From Eledone cirrhosa (Eukaryota): a DNA stretch of 64,000 nt. Location of the stretch: contig CAXHJY010000292.1 of NCBI GenBank assembly GCA_964016885.1, positions 26,410-90,409 of the forward strand. Reading direction: 5' to 3'. Both the position numbers and the translations under genes were made by a program. The notes under the pieces were generated by a model. It ran no database searches, was not told the origin of the DNA, and was given only the letters and a program-made list of their open reading frames with translations. The number at the start of each line of letters is the position of its first letter. Within the stretch, counting starts at the first letter, position 1. Below, in pieces: positions 43,574 through 64,000 of the stretch.

Positions 43574-43805
43574 CACATATACATACATATATATGTATAC
43601 ATACACATATACATACATATATATACATATACATACATATATATACATATACATACATATATATATATACATACATATATATACATATACATACATATAT
43701 ATACATATACATACATATACATATACATACATATATATACATATGTATACATATATATACATGTATATACATATATACATACATAAATATATATACATAT
43801 ATATA
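43492..43805. repeat. (TA)n/(TACA)n array starting the second block
   Basis: Directly visible. Confidence 0.95.
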
Positions 43806-43970
43806 TCATCATCATCATCAACGTTTAACGTCCGTGTTCCATGCTTGCATGGGTTTGGACGGGGGTTTTCCCACTTGAAGCATGAGTGATTGTCTTGCTC
43901 GCATAGGACTATCGGGCGGGTTTTCTACAGCTGGATGCCCTTCCTAACACCAACCACATTTACAGTGTGG
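43805..43970 (-). mobile_element. RTE family B 3'-terminal fragment
   Basis: Matches 14750-14909; (TGA)n tail. Confidence 0.85.
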
Positions 43971-43991
43971 TATATACATAAATATATATAC

Positions 43992-44044
<53 letters not shown>

Positions 44045-44806
44045 TATACATAAATATATATACATATATATATATACATATATATATATATACATATATA
44101 CATATATATATATACATATATATACATATATATACATAAATATATATACATATACATATATATATATACATATATATACATATATATACATATATATATA
44201 TACATATATATACATATATATACATAAATATATATACATATATATATATATGTATATATATATATGTATATATATATATATGTATATATATATGTATATG
44301 TATATATATATGTATATATATGTATATATATATGTATATGTATATATATGTATATATAAATATATATATATACATAAATATATATATATACATATATACA
44401 TACATATATATATACATATATAGACATACATATACATATATACACATACATATACATATATACACATACATATACATATATACATATATATATACATGCA
44501 TATACATATATATATACATATATATACATATATATATACATACATATACATATACATATACATACATATATATGTATATATGTGTATATATATACACACA
44601 TATATATATACATACACACATATATATATACATACATATACATATATACATATATACATATATATGTATATATGTGTATATATATACACATATATATATA
44701 CATATATATATACATACACACATATATATATATACATATATATATACATACATATACATATATACATATATATGTATATATGTGTATATATATACACATA
44801 TATATA

Positions 44807-45416
44807 TGGTGGCTGCCAACTCGTTTTCGAGTACGGCCACTACTTTATATCCATATAGGAGAACCCCTACCGATGCACTGAACGAGTGTGACCTTTTAGT
44901 CCAGCCAGCGACTTGAAAACTCTGGTACAAACACTACACTTGTGACAAATATTGACACATAGTGCTGGGGCCATGGTACCCTGTGACGACAAGTGCAGAG
45001 AGATCTCCAGATATAAAGCAATGCCTGTGCCGTGAAGCTTTTATAGTGAGCAAAGGCACTGCACAAAGCCAGTCCCACTCTCTTAACCAAGATGATATTT
45101 ACCAAAAAGAAGAACAAGTCAACATCATTGGATACCATCAGAGTTGCAGGTGTTATATCAGAGTTTTCCTTCTCCTAGAATTCTGCCTTGACAAAGGCTA
45201 AGGGGTCATCTCTCCCGGTGATTTTGGATGGCCATTGACTCTTAAGAGCTCCTTTGCCCTTTGACAGGTCTTGTTTTTAGTCCTGCAGGATGTCCAAAGT
45301 CACCCTCCTCACCAAGAAACCTTGGTGGGGTTGCCAGTTTAGTCGCCAACGACCCGACCATGGGACAGGTTGTACTGGGATACATGTTACCAGTAGCACC
45401 AACTGGTGACCTGACA
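44807..45416 (-). mobile_element. ~610 bp non-autonomous RTE-derived element, copy 3
   Basis: Near-identical to the other copies. Confidence 0.85.
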
Positions 45417-45750
45417 TATATATATACATATATATAAACATACATATATATATACATATATATGTGTATATGTATACACATATATATATACATATATACA
45501 TATATACATATATATATTCATATATATGTGTATATGTATACACATATACATATATACATATATATGTGTATATAGATATACATATATACATATATACATA
45601 TGTATATATATATACATATATACATATATACATATATATATACATATGTACATATATATATACATATATATATTTATATATATACATATATATATATGTA
45701 TATATATACACATATATATATATATATACACATATATATATATATACATA

Positions 45751-45906
45751 TGTGGAGGTGCCACGCAAAAAAAAGCACTCACTGTAAATGAGGTTGGTGT
45801 TAGGAAGGGCATGCAGCGGTAGAAATCAAGCCAGAATCAGTTCCCGTCCAGCCTTGCAAGCAGGGAAAAGTGGACGTGAAATGAAATGAAAAAATGAAAA
45901 AATGAT
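45751..45906 (+). mobile_element. 5'-truncated SINE (3' tail only)
   Basis: Matches 50030-50180; (AATGA)n tail. Confidence 0.8.
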
Positions 45907-46044
45907 ATACATATATATATGTATATATATATACACATATATATATATAGATACACATATATATATATACACATATATATATATACATACACATATATAT
46001 ATATACATATACATATATATATACATATATATATATACATATAT

Positions 46045-46837
46045 AAAATGAAAGGCAGGTTGTATGATGCCTGCATACGAACAGCAATGTTACATGGCAG
46101 TGAGACCTGGGCATTGTGTGCAGAGGATATACGCAGACTAGAGAGGAACGAAGCTTGCATGCTCCGCTGGATGTGTAATAGTAATATACGTGAACGGCAA
46201 AGCATAAACGAACTAAGGAAAAAATTAGAAATAAGAGGGATCAGATGTTGTTTACTCGAGAGAAGGCTACGTTGGTATGGACACGTGATGCGCATGAAAG
46301 TCGATAGCTGTATAACAAAGTACAGGGCAATAAAGATAGACGGTAGCCACGGAATAGGCAGACCTAGAAAAACCTGGGACGAGCTGATAAACTCCGACCT
46401 CACACACTTACACCTCTCCAAGACAATGTCACTGGACCGAGACCTTTGGCGGTACTCAGTAATAGAGAAGACCCGCCTTACCTAAATACATAGTAAAACC
46501 TACTACAGTCAGTAGGCATCTCTAACAAAATACACCCCCGTCCCACCACCCCCACCCCCTTCTATATAAAGTTATGTTGGTGCCACACCATCCAGGCCGA
46601 AACAAATGAGATCGTGTAGGTGTCACGACAAAAAAACACACAGTCCATGCTGTAATGTGGCCGTGTAGACCCACACTGTAAATGTGGTTGGTGTTAGGAA
46701 GGGCATCCAACTGTAGAAAACCTGCCAGACAGTCCTATGCGAGCGAGACAATCACGTGGGAAAACCCCCGTCCAAACCCATGCAAGCGTGGTACACGGAC
46801 GTTAAACGTTGATGATGATGATGATGATGATGATGAT
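46045..46837 (+). mobile_element. 5'-truncated RTE LINE family B
   Basis: [10 protein letters not shown]...IEKTRLT*; 3' UTR; (GAT)n tail. Confidence 0.9.
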
Positions 46838-46896
46838 ATACATATATATACATATATACATATATATACATATATATACATATATATATATACATG

Positions 46897-47251
46897 TGGC
46901 GGCACATGGCTTAGTGGTTAGAGCATTGGCCTTGCAATCGAAAGGTTGTGAGTTCAATTCTCAGTCCGGGTGATGTGTTGTTTCCTTGAGCAAGACACTT
47001 TATTTCACATAGCCCCAGTTTACTCAGCTGTAGAAATGAGATGATAGGGACTGGGTCCCTATCATTCCACTGCAAAGTGGTCATGGAGGTGCCACGGCAA
47101 AAAAGCACCCAGCCCACAATGCAAGGTGGCCGTGGAGGTGCCACGGCAAAAAAGCACCCAGCACTCACAGTAAATGAGGTTGGTGTTAGGAAGGGCATCC
47201 AGCAGGGAGAAGCGGACGTAAAAATGAAATGAAATGATGATGAAATGATGA
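46897..47251 (+). mobile_element. tRNA-derived SINE with RTE-like 3' tail, copy 1
   Basis: A-box TGGCTTAGTGG, B-box GAGTTCAATTC, central CCTTGAGCAAGACACTT motif, tail homologous to the RTE family A 3' UTR. Confidence 0.88.
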
Positions 47252-47698
47252 TACATATATACATATATGCATATATATGTGTATATATATACACATATAT
47301 ATACATATATGTGTATATATATACACACATATATATATATACATATATACGTGTATATATATACATATATATATATACATACATATATACATGTATATAT
47401 ATACATATATATATACATATATACATGTATATATATACATATATACATGTATATATATACATATATATATATACATATATATATATACATATATATATAT
47501 ACATATATATATATACATATATACATGTATATATACACATATATATATATACATATCTTCGTGTATATATATACATATATATATATATATACATATATAC
47601 GTGTATATATATACATATATATATATACATATATATGTGTATATACATATATATATATACATATATATGTGTATATATATACATATATATATATATTA

Positions 47699-48307
47699 TG
47701 TCAGGTCACCAGTCGGTGCTACTGGTAACATGTATCCCAGTACAACCTGCCTCATGGTCGGGTCGTTGGCGACTAAACTGGCAACCCCACCAAGGTTTCT
47801 TGGTGAGGAGGGTGACTTTGGACATCCTGCAGGACTAAAACAAAACCTGTCAAAGGGCAAAGGAGCTCTTAAGAGTCAATAGCCATCCAAAATCACCGGG
47901 AGAGATGACCCCTTAGCCTTTGTCAAAGCAGAATTCTAGGAGAAGGAAAACTCTGATATAACACCTGCAACCCTGATGGTATCCAATGATGTTGACTTGT
48001 TCTTCTTTTTGGTAAATATCATCTTGGTTAAGAGAGTGGGACTGGCTTTGTGCAGTGCCTTTGCTCACTATAAAAGCTTCACAGCACAGGCATTGCTTTA
48101 TATCTGGAGATCTCTCTGCACTTGGCATCACATGGTACCATGGGCCCTGCAATATGTGTCAATAATGGTCACAAGTGTAGTGTTTGTATCAGAGTTTTCA
48201 AGTCGCTGGCTGGACTAAAAAGTCACATTCGCTCAGCGCATCGGTAGGGGTTCTCCTACATGGATATAAAGTAGTGGCCGTACTCGAAAACGAGTTGGCA
48301 GCCACCA
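47699..48307 (+). mobile_element. ~610 bp non-autonomous RTE-derived element, copy 4 (opposite orientation)
   Basis: Reverse complement of copies 1-3; encodes [18 protein letters not shown] near its 3' end; terminal ACTCG-AAAA-CGAGT hairpin. Confidence 0.85.
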
Positions 48308-48328
48308 TATATATATATATATACATAT

Positions 48329-48406
<78 letters not shown>

Positions 48407-48456
48407 GTATATATATATATGTATATATATGTATATGTATATATACATATATATAC

Positions 48457-48510
<54 letters not shown>

Positions 48511-48564
48511 GTATATATATATATGTATATATATATATGTATATGTATATATACATATATATAC

Positions 48565-48595
<31 letters not shown>

Positions 48596-49036
48596 CATAT
48601 ATATATACACACATATATATATACACACATATATATATACACACATATATATATACACACATATATATATATATACACATATATATATATACATACATAT
48701 ATATACACATATATATATATATACATACATATATATATATATACATATATATATACACATATATATATATATACATATACACATATATATATATATATAT
48801 ATATACATACATATATATATATACATATATATATACACATATATATCTACACATATATATATATATACATACATATATATATACATACATATATATATAC
48901 ATACATATATATATACATATTTATATATACATATATACATATACATATATACATATATATATATACATATATACATATATATATATACATATATACATAT
49001 ATATATATACATATATATATATACATATATATATAT

Positions 49037-49378
49037 ATTGAAAAACTGAATCCTCCGTTCGATCATGAATACCACGAGCTTGCCAGTCACATAAGTCTGA
49101 TATTTGATTTCATATTCAAAGAAACACTTTAAACGTATAATCATTTGATTTGTCCAGTTGTATTTTTCTCAACCTGTTAGTTCTATCGTTACTTTGGTAT
49201 ATTATTGTGTGTTAAATTCTGCCTACCACAATGTTGGATTTGTCAAGCTATTTAAACGCATGTTATTACTCTAAGGACATAACTTATCGAGTGCTTCGCT
49301 AACTCATCATTTCATCATAAGTAGGCGAAATTTGCTTGCAAAACTCCAGAGATTCGATTTTACTAAATTTCCAATTAT
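49037..49378. other. Unclassified unique island within TA array
   Basis: ~340 bp of complex sequence between TA arrays, no match noticed elsewhere in the window. Confidence 0.5.
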
Positions 49379-49393
49379 ACATATATATATGTA

Positions 49394-49435
<42 letters not shown>

Positions 49436-49467
49436 CATATATATGTATATGTATATATATATACATA

Positions 49468-49591
<124 letters not shown>

Positions 49592-49625
49592 CATATATAT
49601 ACATATATATATATATATATACATA

Positions 49626-49733
<108 letters not shown>

Positions 49734-49741
49734 TTTATATA

Positions 49742-49834
<93 letters not shown>

Positions 49835-50180
49835 GGAGGCACATGGCTTAGTGGTTAGAGCATTGGCCTTGCAATCGAAAGGTTGTGAGTTCAATTCTTA
49901 GACCGGGTGATGTGTTGTTTCCTTGAGCAAGACACTTTATTTCACATTGCTCCAGTTTACTCAGCTGTAGAAATGAGATGATAGGGACTCCATTGAGATG
50001 ATAGGGACTCCATTCCACTGCAAAGTGGTCGTGGAGGTGCCACGGCAAAAAAAGCACCCAGCACTCACTGAGGTTGGTGTTAGGAAGGGCATCCAGCTGT
50101 AGAAATCAAGCCAGCATCAGTTCCCATCCTACCCTTGCAAGCAGGGAAAAGCGGACGTAAAATGAAATGAATGAAATGAT
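49835..50180 (+). mobile_element. tRNA-derived SINE with RTE-like 3' tail, copy 2
   Basis: Same A/B boxes and tail as the 46897 copy; small duplication of GAGATGATAGGGACTCCATT. Confidence 0.88.
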
Positions 50181-51717
<1,537 letters not shown>

Positions 51718-54700
51718 TTCGAGCTATCACCCAGCACCACCCTCCACTATCACCCCACTGCACAAACTCCCATTGCTGCCATTAACAAACAAACAAATTA
51801 ACAACACACCAAAACAATTAAAACCATCCACTCTCGCCTCTACATTTTTGCTTAATGCCCAAGGCCTTCCACCAATACTCAAAAATGGAAGATCAAATTC
51901 CTGGAGGACTGGATTGATGTCCATCCAAACCACATCCCTTTCTTCGTCCTCACTGAAACCCATCTCAGTAACCTCCACTTGGAAGCCGAGGTGAAAGTGA
52001 AAAATTTCAAAGCCATCCGTGCTGATCGCGCTGGCAGAAGAAAGGGCTGAACTGCCATTTATGTCCATAATTCTTTCTCAACAGAGGCTATGAACATATT
52101 CACTAATGGATACTGTGAAGCAGTCACTGTATTCAGTCAAACCAACAACCTAATAGTAGTTGGGCTCTATAGGCCACCCCAAACGCCTGTACCATGCTTC
52201 AAGGAATGCCTCAACAGCATAAAGTGTTTCATCCAAGAGTGTCACCCTGACAACATCTTAATGAAGGGGGACTTCAACCTCCCCGGAGTTGACTGGTCCA
52301 CAAACAGCCTGCCACCAGGTTCTTCTGCCTCAACCTCTGACAGGGAAGCAGTGGAATTGCTTCTTGACTTCATGGATGATTTCTTCCTATCCCAACTGGT
52401 GCTCGAACCAACGAGGTGCCACAAAAACGTCCTAGACTTAATTTTCAGCAATCACACTGACAATATCCACAATATTGCAGTGGAGAAAACTCTACTCTCT
52501 GATCATGACATGGTTCTCTGTGATCTGAGATTCCACCGTCCAATATACAAACCCAATGTCATCTCTCCTGTCCATCCGTTTGACGCTATGGATTTCCACA
52601 ATGCAAACTGGGAAGCGATCAGTCATGATCTTGCACATGTCGACTGGTCCTTCACGCACACTCATACACCCACTAACATCAAAAAGTCCTGGCAGACATT
52701 TGTGGACACTGTTACAAACATATGTGCTAAATACACCCCATTAAGAACTATAAACAAATCTAAGAGCAGAATCCCTAGAAATAGAAAAACGCTCATCAGA
52801 AAAATTAAGAGAACGAACAAAAAAATCAACAAGCTGAAATACTGTCAGCAGCAACGCATCAACTTGACTGCCATTTCATCACTAGAGATTAAAAAACATA
52901 ACCTCCAAAACAACATAATGTCCCTCATCAACAATCAAAGAAGAGCTGAAGAGGCCTGGGCCATTGAGAAGATCAAACTCAATCCCAAAGTGTTCTTTTC
53001 ATTTGCAAAAAAACACAAAATCACTGGCTCTACTGTTGGCCCTCTAATTGATGAAAATCGCACTCTTCAAGACAATGCTAAAACCATGGGTGAGATACTG
53101 CACAAACAATACTGCTCTGTTTTCAGCAATCCTGATATGGCCGATCTGGGCTGTATCGGCGATGTTACTCCCCATTACACCTTATCGGACATAACATTTG
53201 GTGCCCCTGATGTCTTAGCGGCAATAAAGGAAATCAAGCATAATTCAGCAGTAGGTCCCGATAGGTTCCCTGCTTGTGTCTTGAAGGCGTGTCAACACCA
53301 ACTTGCATCTCCTCTTGCCAATCTGTGGCGGAACTCGCTGGATGCTGGATATGTGCCAGAAAACCTTCTATCCCAGTCTGTTGTCCCAGTTTTCAAAAAG
53401 GGAAACAAATCCCTTGCCGTGAATTACCGTCCAATCTCACTCACCTCTCATATCATTAAGGTATTTGAGAGAGTGGTGAGATCGCGAATGACCTACTTCC
53501 TTGAGAGTAACAATATGCTGAACTCCAACCAGCATGGATTCCGTAATGGAAGGGATTGCCTGACGCAGCTACTGCATCACTTTGATGACATTTTGAGAGC
53601 CTTGGGAGAGGGTTCCAACACTGATGTTATCTACCTTGATTTCAGCAAGGCCTTTGACAGGGTTGATCATAACATTCTACTGAGAAAGCTGTCCAATATT
53701 GGTGTCACTGGAAAGCTGCTGCAGTGGATCAAGAGCTTCCTGTCAAACAGAACCCAACATGTTGTAGTTGAAGGAGTCAAATCCAGCCCAGCCAAAGTCA
53801 GTAGTGGGGTCCCACAAGGCACTGTGTTGGGCCCACTTCCCTTCATCATCTATATTAATGACATCACTGACATCATCAAACACAGCAACATTAAAATTTT
53901 CGCTGATGATTCCAAGCTCCAAAAGGTCATCAATGGCGTGGATGACCGGATAAGCCTTCAGTCAGACCTACTGGCTGTTACCCAATGGGCGGAAAAGAAC
54001 AACATGTTACTGAACGAAGACAAATTCGAACTGATCCACTTTCGAAAAGAGGATGCTCTGAAACTCCCGTACTCCCTTCCCTCCGGGGAAACTCTCGTGG
54101 CATCTAACAACATCAGAGACTTGGGAGTAACCGTGGACAGCAACATAAGCTGGGCCACGCATATAAGCAGCAAAGTTGACATGGCCCGCAGAATGTGTTC
54201 CTGGATCCTCAGAACCTTCCAGTCGAGAGATTCCCACACCATTATCCTTCTCTTCTCTACTTTTGCCCGACCACACCTTGAATACTGTTGTCCACTGTGG
54301 TCTCCCCACACGAAACAAAGTATCATGAAACTTGAAGCTCCTCAAAGGGCAATCACGAAAAAGATAGATGGCATGTCAGACCTTGACTACTGGGGTCGAC
54401 TAGAAGACCTGAAACTTTACTCACTCCAACGTCGCCGTGAGCGTTATATTATCTGCATGATGTGGAAAATGTTCCATCATCACTGCCCAAATGATGTTGG
54501 CATCGCCTTCAAGATACACCCAAGGCTTGGGCCCCATGCTATCCGTCCCATACAAAAATCTAAATCGCAACTCATAACAACAATACGGCACAATTATTTC
54601 ACCTCAATCGGCCCTGCTCTCTTCAACATCACACCAGGACACGTCAAAACAGAAACTGACCACACAAAATTCAAGAAGTCTTTGGACAAATTCCTCCAAG

Positions 54701-54872
54701 TAATCCCGGACAAACTACCCACACCCGGATATGTCTCCGCAAACAGTAATTCTCTTCTCGAATGGGCCATGGTGCCCAAATCCTGAATTGAAAGACTTCG
54801 CCAGGTGGTGCTATTAAGTTAGACATGGCCTGGGCCAATACTGGCCAGAACATTTCAAAGTTATTCAAAATT
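51718..54872 (+). mobile_element. CR1-type LINE, near-complete ORF2 (APE + RT), inactivated
   Basis: LNAQGL, frameshift near 51868, VLTETHL, TGA at 52048-52050, YRPP, GDFN, SDH, NYRPISLT, YLDFSKAFD, GVPQG, FADD; short 3' UTR and TTCAAA(G/A)TTA tail. Confidence 0.92.
52090..54786 (+). pseudogene. Residual CR1 ORF2 reading frame (APE C-terminal part + RT)
   Basis: 898 aa open frame; its N-terminal APE part upstream is broken by a frameshift and a nonsense codon. Confidence 0.85.
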
Positions 54873-56867
<1,995 letters not shown>

Positions 56868-57143
56868 GCGGCGATGAATTAGTTTTGCGAGGTTTTTTAT
56901 ATGAAATCGTGTGTCGAAACAGATATTGTTATATTTGGGGAGGGTCATATTTGCGTAATATTGCCAGAATTAATAACAGAACACACTCACTGTTTGGTTG
57001 GTTTTCGCTTCTCGCTGTCTTTTATATATATATATCTGCGATCTAACTTACTCGGTCCTCAATGTTGCCATTGACTGACCGGCGGTCAAAAATAATACAG
57101 ATACAATATAGACAAACACATATATATATAGTTTACATAAATC

Positions 57144-57178
57144 TTTCGTTGCACATCTGCAACATCGTCAGTGGTGTT
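57144..57178 (-). ncRNA. Hammerhead-like core (stems I/III uncertain); second copy at 23407-23441
   Basis: Minus: CTGACGA-T-GTTGCA-GATG-TGCAAC-GAAA with perfect 6 bp stem II. Confidence 0.45.
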
Positions 57179-57428
57179 ATATTCATTGTTCCTCCTGTTG
57201 TGTTGTATGTCTACGCCATTTTTTTTTGTTCAGTCCGTCTATATATTTATTTATTTATTTGCTTGTTTGTTTATCTTATTTTATTTTGTCTTCTTTGCGC
57301 ATGCGTTTGCGTGTGTGATGTGTGACTAGTGTGTATAGTGTTGTGTCTGCTGGGTGACTAGTGTGTGTTTATGTGCTTGTGTATGTATTTATTTATCTTA
57401 TTTTATTTAATTTAATTTACTTATTTAT

Positions 57429-60400
57429 TTATACTTCTCTTAGGTCAGTGTTGTTTGTTTGGGTGTTGTTGTTGTTCCACTCATTCTTTCTGTTTAGCTT
57501 TGGTCTTCTAATTTCTATTTCACTGGCCTCTCTGATTTGCCTATCTGCTGGGTCATTCCTATGTTTAGATATTATTCTAATTTCTATGTTGTCTATGTTA
57601 CCGTCATGATGTTGTCTAGCATGTTCGTATAGTACTGACCCGTTTTTTCGTCCTTTTAGTTCCCCCCAGTGTTGGTCTATCCTTTCACCTATGCTACGAG
57701 CTGTCTCACCTATGTATGTTGTTGTCGTGTTTCTGCAAGTACCCTCTGTACATCTTATGCTATAGACTACGTTTCTAGTTTTACAGTTTATCCGGGGGTT
57801 CACCTTACATATGATACATTTCCTATTGGTACAGTGGGTTTTCTTAAAAGGGTAGGTTTTGCTGATCAGGGATTTTATGGTGGTTCCTGGCTTTTCTACC
57901 ACCTTTATTTTTAAGTGGGTCTTTCTCAGGGCCTTTCTACACTGGTTAGCTAATTTCCCTCCAGGGGTGGCGTCCACAAACATGACACTCTGATATCTCT
58001 GGTTGTCGTACCATGATGTGGCCTTCCCTATCTTATGTCTAGCCCTATCTAAGCTATTCCATGATTTGCTCCTGTATAGTGGGCAAATTCCTTTCATGTC
58101 CAGTTCTATGAGGGTCTTATACTTTTCCATGGCTCCTTCGTATACTCTGACTCTGTCTCTTTGGTTGTAGCCAGAGAACTGCATGCGGTTGATGAAGTGT
58201 TGGATGTGTCCTTCCATTTCTGTTGGGTCGCACATGCTGGACACATTCTTCATCACTCGTACCAAATCTGCGATCAGAATATTAAACTTAGCACTACTGG
58301 ACATTGCTGAGTTTTTGAGTATCAGGTATTTGGAGGCCATGGGTTTAGCATAGTGTGAGTGGAGAATTTGGGCTCTCTCGTCTATAGTGTTAATCCAGAG
58401 TTCTGTGTCTAATACAGGTAGTCTATTGTTAGGGTGTTTGGAAGGGAAGTCTATAGTTACAGTTATACTCTGGTGTATGGAATTAGCTATCTGCTGGATG
58501 CTTTCCATCGTGCTACGTTCTAAATCAAACTTGTTAGTGCTCTCTAGTGGGGGTGTTCTTATAACTATATTGATATCGTCTACATAACGAGAGTACATGA
58601 TGAGGTCTATGGAGCTTTCATTAAGGAGATCTTTAAGTCTCCTTTCCCACCATACCATGAAAAGGTTGGCAACATCGCCAGCTATGCTGACGCCGATGGC
58701 TGCTCCCTCATTTTGGGTGTAGATTTTCTCATTGAACTTAAATATGTGGCCCTTTAGGGTAGTTTTGATACTAGCCCCTATTGCATGTGCGACCATTTTT
58801 CTTACCTGATCAGTGTTTTGGGGGGTCCGTATAGCTTTGGTCCACCCAATCCACCTTCCTATGGGAGTCTTTTTAGCCATTGAGGTTATGGTGGGGGGTC
58901 TACCTCTTATAGGTCTACTAGGGCAGAAACATCTAAGGTCATGGCTGTCTAGGTAGTCAGTGTCGTAGGTAAGTCTAAGTAGGAGGCCCAGTTCGTCTGT
59001 GTCGACGTCGCAGAACTCCACCTCACTCTCAATGATCATCTCCACACATCTTTTCACAGCAAAATCAATGTTAATGGATGGGTACAGTGACACCACATCC
59101 ATGCTGCCTATTATGCAGTTGGATAGGCTCCTGTTTTTGTTGCACTCACTGATTCTGCTGAGGAGGTCCTCTGTACTTTCACATACATCTGGGGACATCT
59201 TGATTATGGGGCGTATAACCATTGAGAGGAAGTAGGAGATCCTGTAGTTGCTAGCTATATTAGCTCCGCATACAGGTCTTGTTGGTGGTCCTGTTGTCGG
59301 GTCGTCGACTGTCTTGTGGTCTTTGCGGAGCCCATACAAGGGTGGTATGCCATTGTTAGACGCCTGGAAGTTGTTGGCAGTGCGTCTGCTTGGCTTTAGG
59401 ATGTCAGTCCACATCATCATGTGAGCGTTGAGGATTTTTTCTCTCCCATCGTGTGTTAGTTGTGCAACTTCGCTCGTGTTGGTGATGTGGGGTTGCATTG
59501 CCTCGATGTAGTTCGGCATGCTATCTATTGACATCCTACCAGACTTATCTGTGGGTAGACACACTACCTCACCATCCCTTGTGCGCTGCTTGAGGCTAAC
59601 CAAGCCTTCTACAGGTTTTATCCCAAGTTGTTGGGCCTCTGGTCTGCTCTGTCTCATAGTGTACCTGTCTACTACTTGTCTAATCTTATTTCTAGCTATG
59701 GTGAACTGTGCCTCCGTCTCGTCATCTATTTGTTGTGGTATGCAAACTCTTTTATTAAAGGGTAACCTCGTAGGATAGATATTACCCATCTTATATGTTT
59801 TGTCAGCTGGGTTGAAAAATAGTTTCTCTAAGGGGTTGTCGTTATTTCTATCGTCATAGTTGTGTGTGTTGCTATTATTATTATCATGGTGGTTGTTGTT
59901 GTTTCTATCATTAGCTTTAATATTATTATTGTTATGATTGCTAGATGTATTGTTGTTTACTTCACCGTTATTGTTGTTGTTGTTACTGCTATTTCTACCA
60001 TTGTGGTTGTTACTATTATTATGTTTCTTGTTTTTGTTGATGTTGCTACATGTACTATTTCCATTATTACCACTGTGGTTATTGTTGTTGTTGTTGTTCG
60101 TATTGTTACCGTTATTACTACTGTGGTCACTGTTGCTGTGTCTGTGGTTAACGTTTCTATTATTATTATTATTGTGGTTGTTGTTGTTCTGTCTATCGCT
60201 AGTATTATTACCATTATCACTATTTCTCACTTTCCTGCCATTGTTATGGTTATGGCTGTTATTTTTATACCCAGAGTTATTGTTTATATTACTACTACCG
60301 TTATTATTGTTGTTGTTGTTTACCTTTGCATTCCAACGTATTTTTGTGAAACACTTTTCCAGTTCAGTTTTGCATTCCATAGGGTTAATCTTTTTGTAGA

Positions 60401-60722
60401 TGGCAAATTTTGGTGGTAACTTTAGGATTTGTTGTTCTTGTTCACTGATTAAAGTGTTCCCATAGATATTTACTGTGTGGTCATTGGTAAATTCTTCCGG
60501 TAGTTTTACATCACTCATACGGATGTTGTCGATGTTATCTGGGTATTTTTGAGAATATTCGATTTTCCTTTCTTGTAGTTTTTTCTTATTCATCCATTCT
60601 AATTTCTTCTTGAAATGCCTACAGCATTCGTTTTGAGCATATTTCGTTTCGCGTCGGATGACGCTCATGAAGTCATCTCTCTCGTTTGCTGTGATGAGAT
60701 TTCGGATTTCCTTACCGTTGAT
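57429..60722 (-). CDS. PLE reverse transcriptase + GIY-YIG endonuclease (~1097 aa retained) with Asn-rich insert
   Basis: [45 protein letters not shown]; C-rich linker, NVVY...YIGET, ERIDQH, EH..QHH, REA, PKLN. Confidence 0.92.
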   Translation of the reverse strand: MNGKEIRNLITANERDDFMSVIRRETKYAQNECCRHFKKKLEWMNKKKLQERKIEYSQKYPDNIDNIRMSDVKLPEEFTNDHTVNIYGNTLISEQEQQILKLPPKFAIYKKINPMECKTELEKCFTKIRWNAKVNNNNNNNGSSNINNNSGYKNNSHNHNNGRKVRNSDNGNNTSDRQNNNNHNNNNNRNVNHRHSNSDHSSNNGNNTNNNNNNNHSGNNGNSTCSNINKNKKHNNSNNHNGRNSSNNNNNNGEVNNNTSSNHNNNNIKANDRNNNNHHDNNNSNTHNYDDRNNDNPLEKLFFNPADKTYKMGNIYPTRLPFNKRVCIPQQIDDETEAQFTIARNKIRQVVDRYTMRQSRPEAQQLGIKPVEGLVSLKQRTRDGEVVCLPTDKSGRMSIDSMPNYIEAMQPHITNTSEVAQLTHDGREKILNAHMMMWTDILKPSRRTANNFQASNNGIPPLYGLRKDHKTVDDPTTGPPTRPVCGANIASNYRISYFLSMVIRPIIKMSPDVCESTEDLLSRISECNKNRSLSNCIIGSMDVVSLYPSINIDFAVKRCVEMIIESEVEFCDVDTDELGLLLRLTYDTDYLDSHDLRCFCPSRPIRGRPPTITSMAKKTPIGRWIGWTKAIRTPQNTDQVRKMVAHAIGASIKTTLKGHIFKFNEKIYTQNEGAAIGVSIAGDVANLFMVWWERRLKDLLNESSIDLIMYSRYVDDINIVIRTPPLESTNKFDLERSTMESIQQIANSIHQSITVTIDFPSKHPNNRLPVLDTELWINTIDERAQILHSHYAKPMASKYLILKNSAMSSSAKFNILIADLVRVMKNVSSMCDPTEMEGHIQHFINRMQFSGYNQRDRVRVYEGAMEKYKTLIELDMKGICPLYRSKSWNSLDRARHKIGKATSWYDNQRYQSVMFVDATPGGKLANQCRKALRKTHLKIKVVEKPGTTIKSLISKTYPFKKTHCTNRKCIICKVNPRINCKTRNVVYSIRCTEGTCRNTTTTYIGETARSIGERIDQHWGELKGRKNGSVLYEHARQHHDGNIDNIEIRIISKHRNDPADRQIREASEIEIRRPKLNRKNEWNNNNTQTNNTDLREV

Positions 60723-64000
<3,278 letters not shown>

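Larger units (their letters stand above)
56868..60722 (-). mobile_element. Penelope-like element (Neptune-like), 5'-truncated, with 3' pseudo-LTR
   Basis: RT+GIY-YIG ORF then ~560 bp 3' region with hammerhead-like core, TATATAAAAG, CAGTGAGT and an ATG-initiated frame running into the TA array. Confidence 0.9.

Noticed and set aside
46897-46970. tRNA gene
   Set aside because: A/B boxes present but no proper cloverleaf; continues into SINE body and tail
47699-47830. HDV-like ribozyme at the 5' end of the 610 bp element (GGTCACC could pair with GGTGACT)
   Set aside because: Could not place P3/L3 and P1.1 in the canonical nested pseudoknot by eye; left as structured RNA only
47699-48307. Solo LTR interpretation (TG...CA ends)
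   Set aside because: No terminal inverted repeat beyond TG/CA, which may come from the flanks; the zinc-finger remnant and 3' stem-loop fit a LINE derivative better

Overview
Eukaryotic (animal) genomic DNA; the SINE/LINE families and (TA)n load look coleoid-cephalopod (Octopus-like), which is an inference. Two blocks (~4.4-29.7 kb and ~43.5-64 kb) consist of long degenerate (TA)n/(TACA)n arrays studded with retroelements, nearly all flanked by TA arrays. They hold Penelope-like elements (PLEs) of two types (RT + C-terminal GIY-YIG), including a head-to-head ~7 kb insertion with a minimal type I hammerhead ribozyme at each end, plus a third hammerhead in a ~290 bp non-coding island. They also hold three RTE-clade LINE families (one with a C4HC3 PHD-like finger), a CR1-type LINE, a tRNA-derived SINE sharing its 3' tail with an RTE, and four copies of a ~610 bp non-autonomous RTE derivative. 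Several insertions are inverted or are chimeras of different families. The middle (~30-43.5 kb) is older sequence with decayed LINEs/SINEs and two candidate phase-compatible host exons. All long I/Y/M/C-rich ORFs in the track are microsatellite artefacts.
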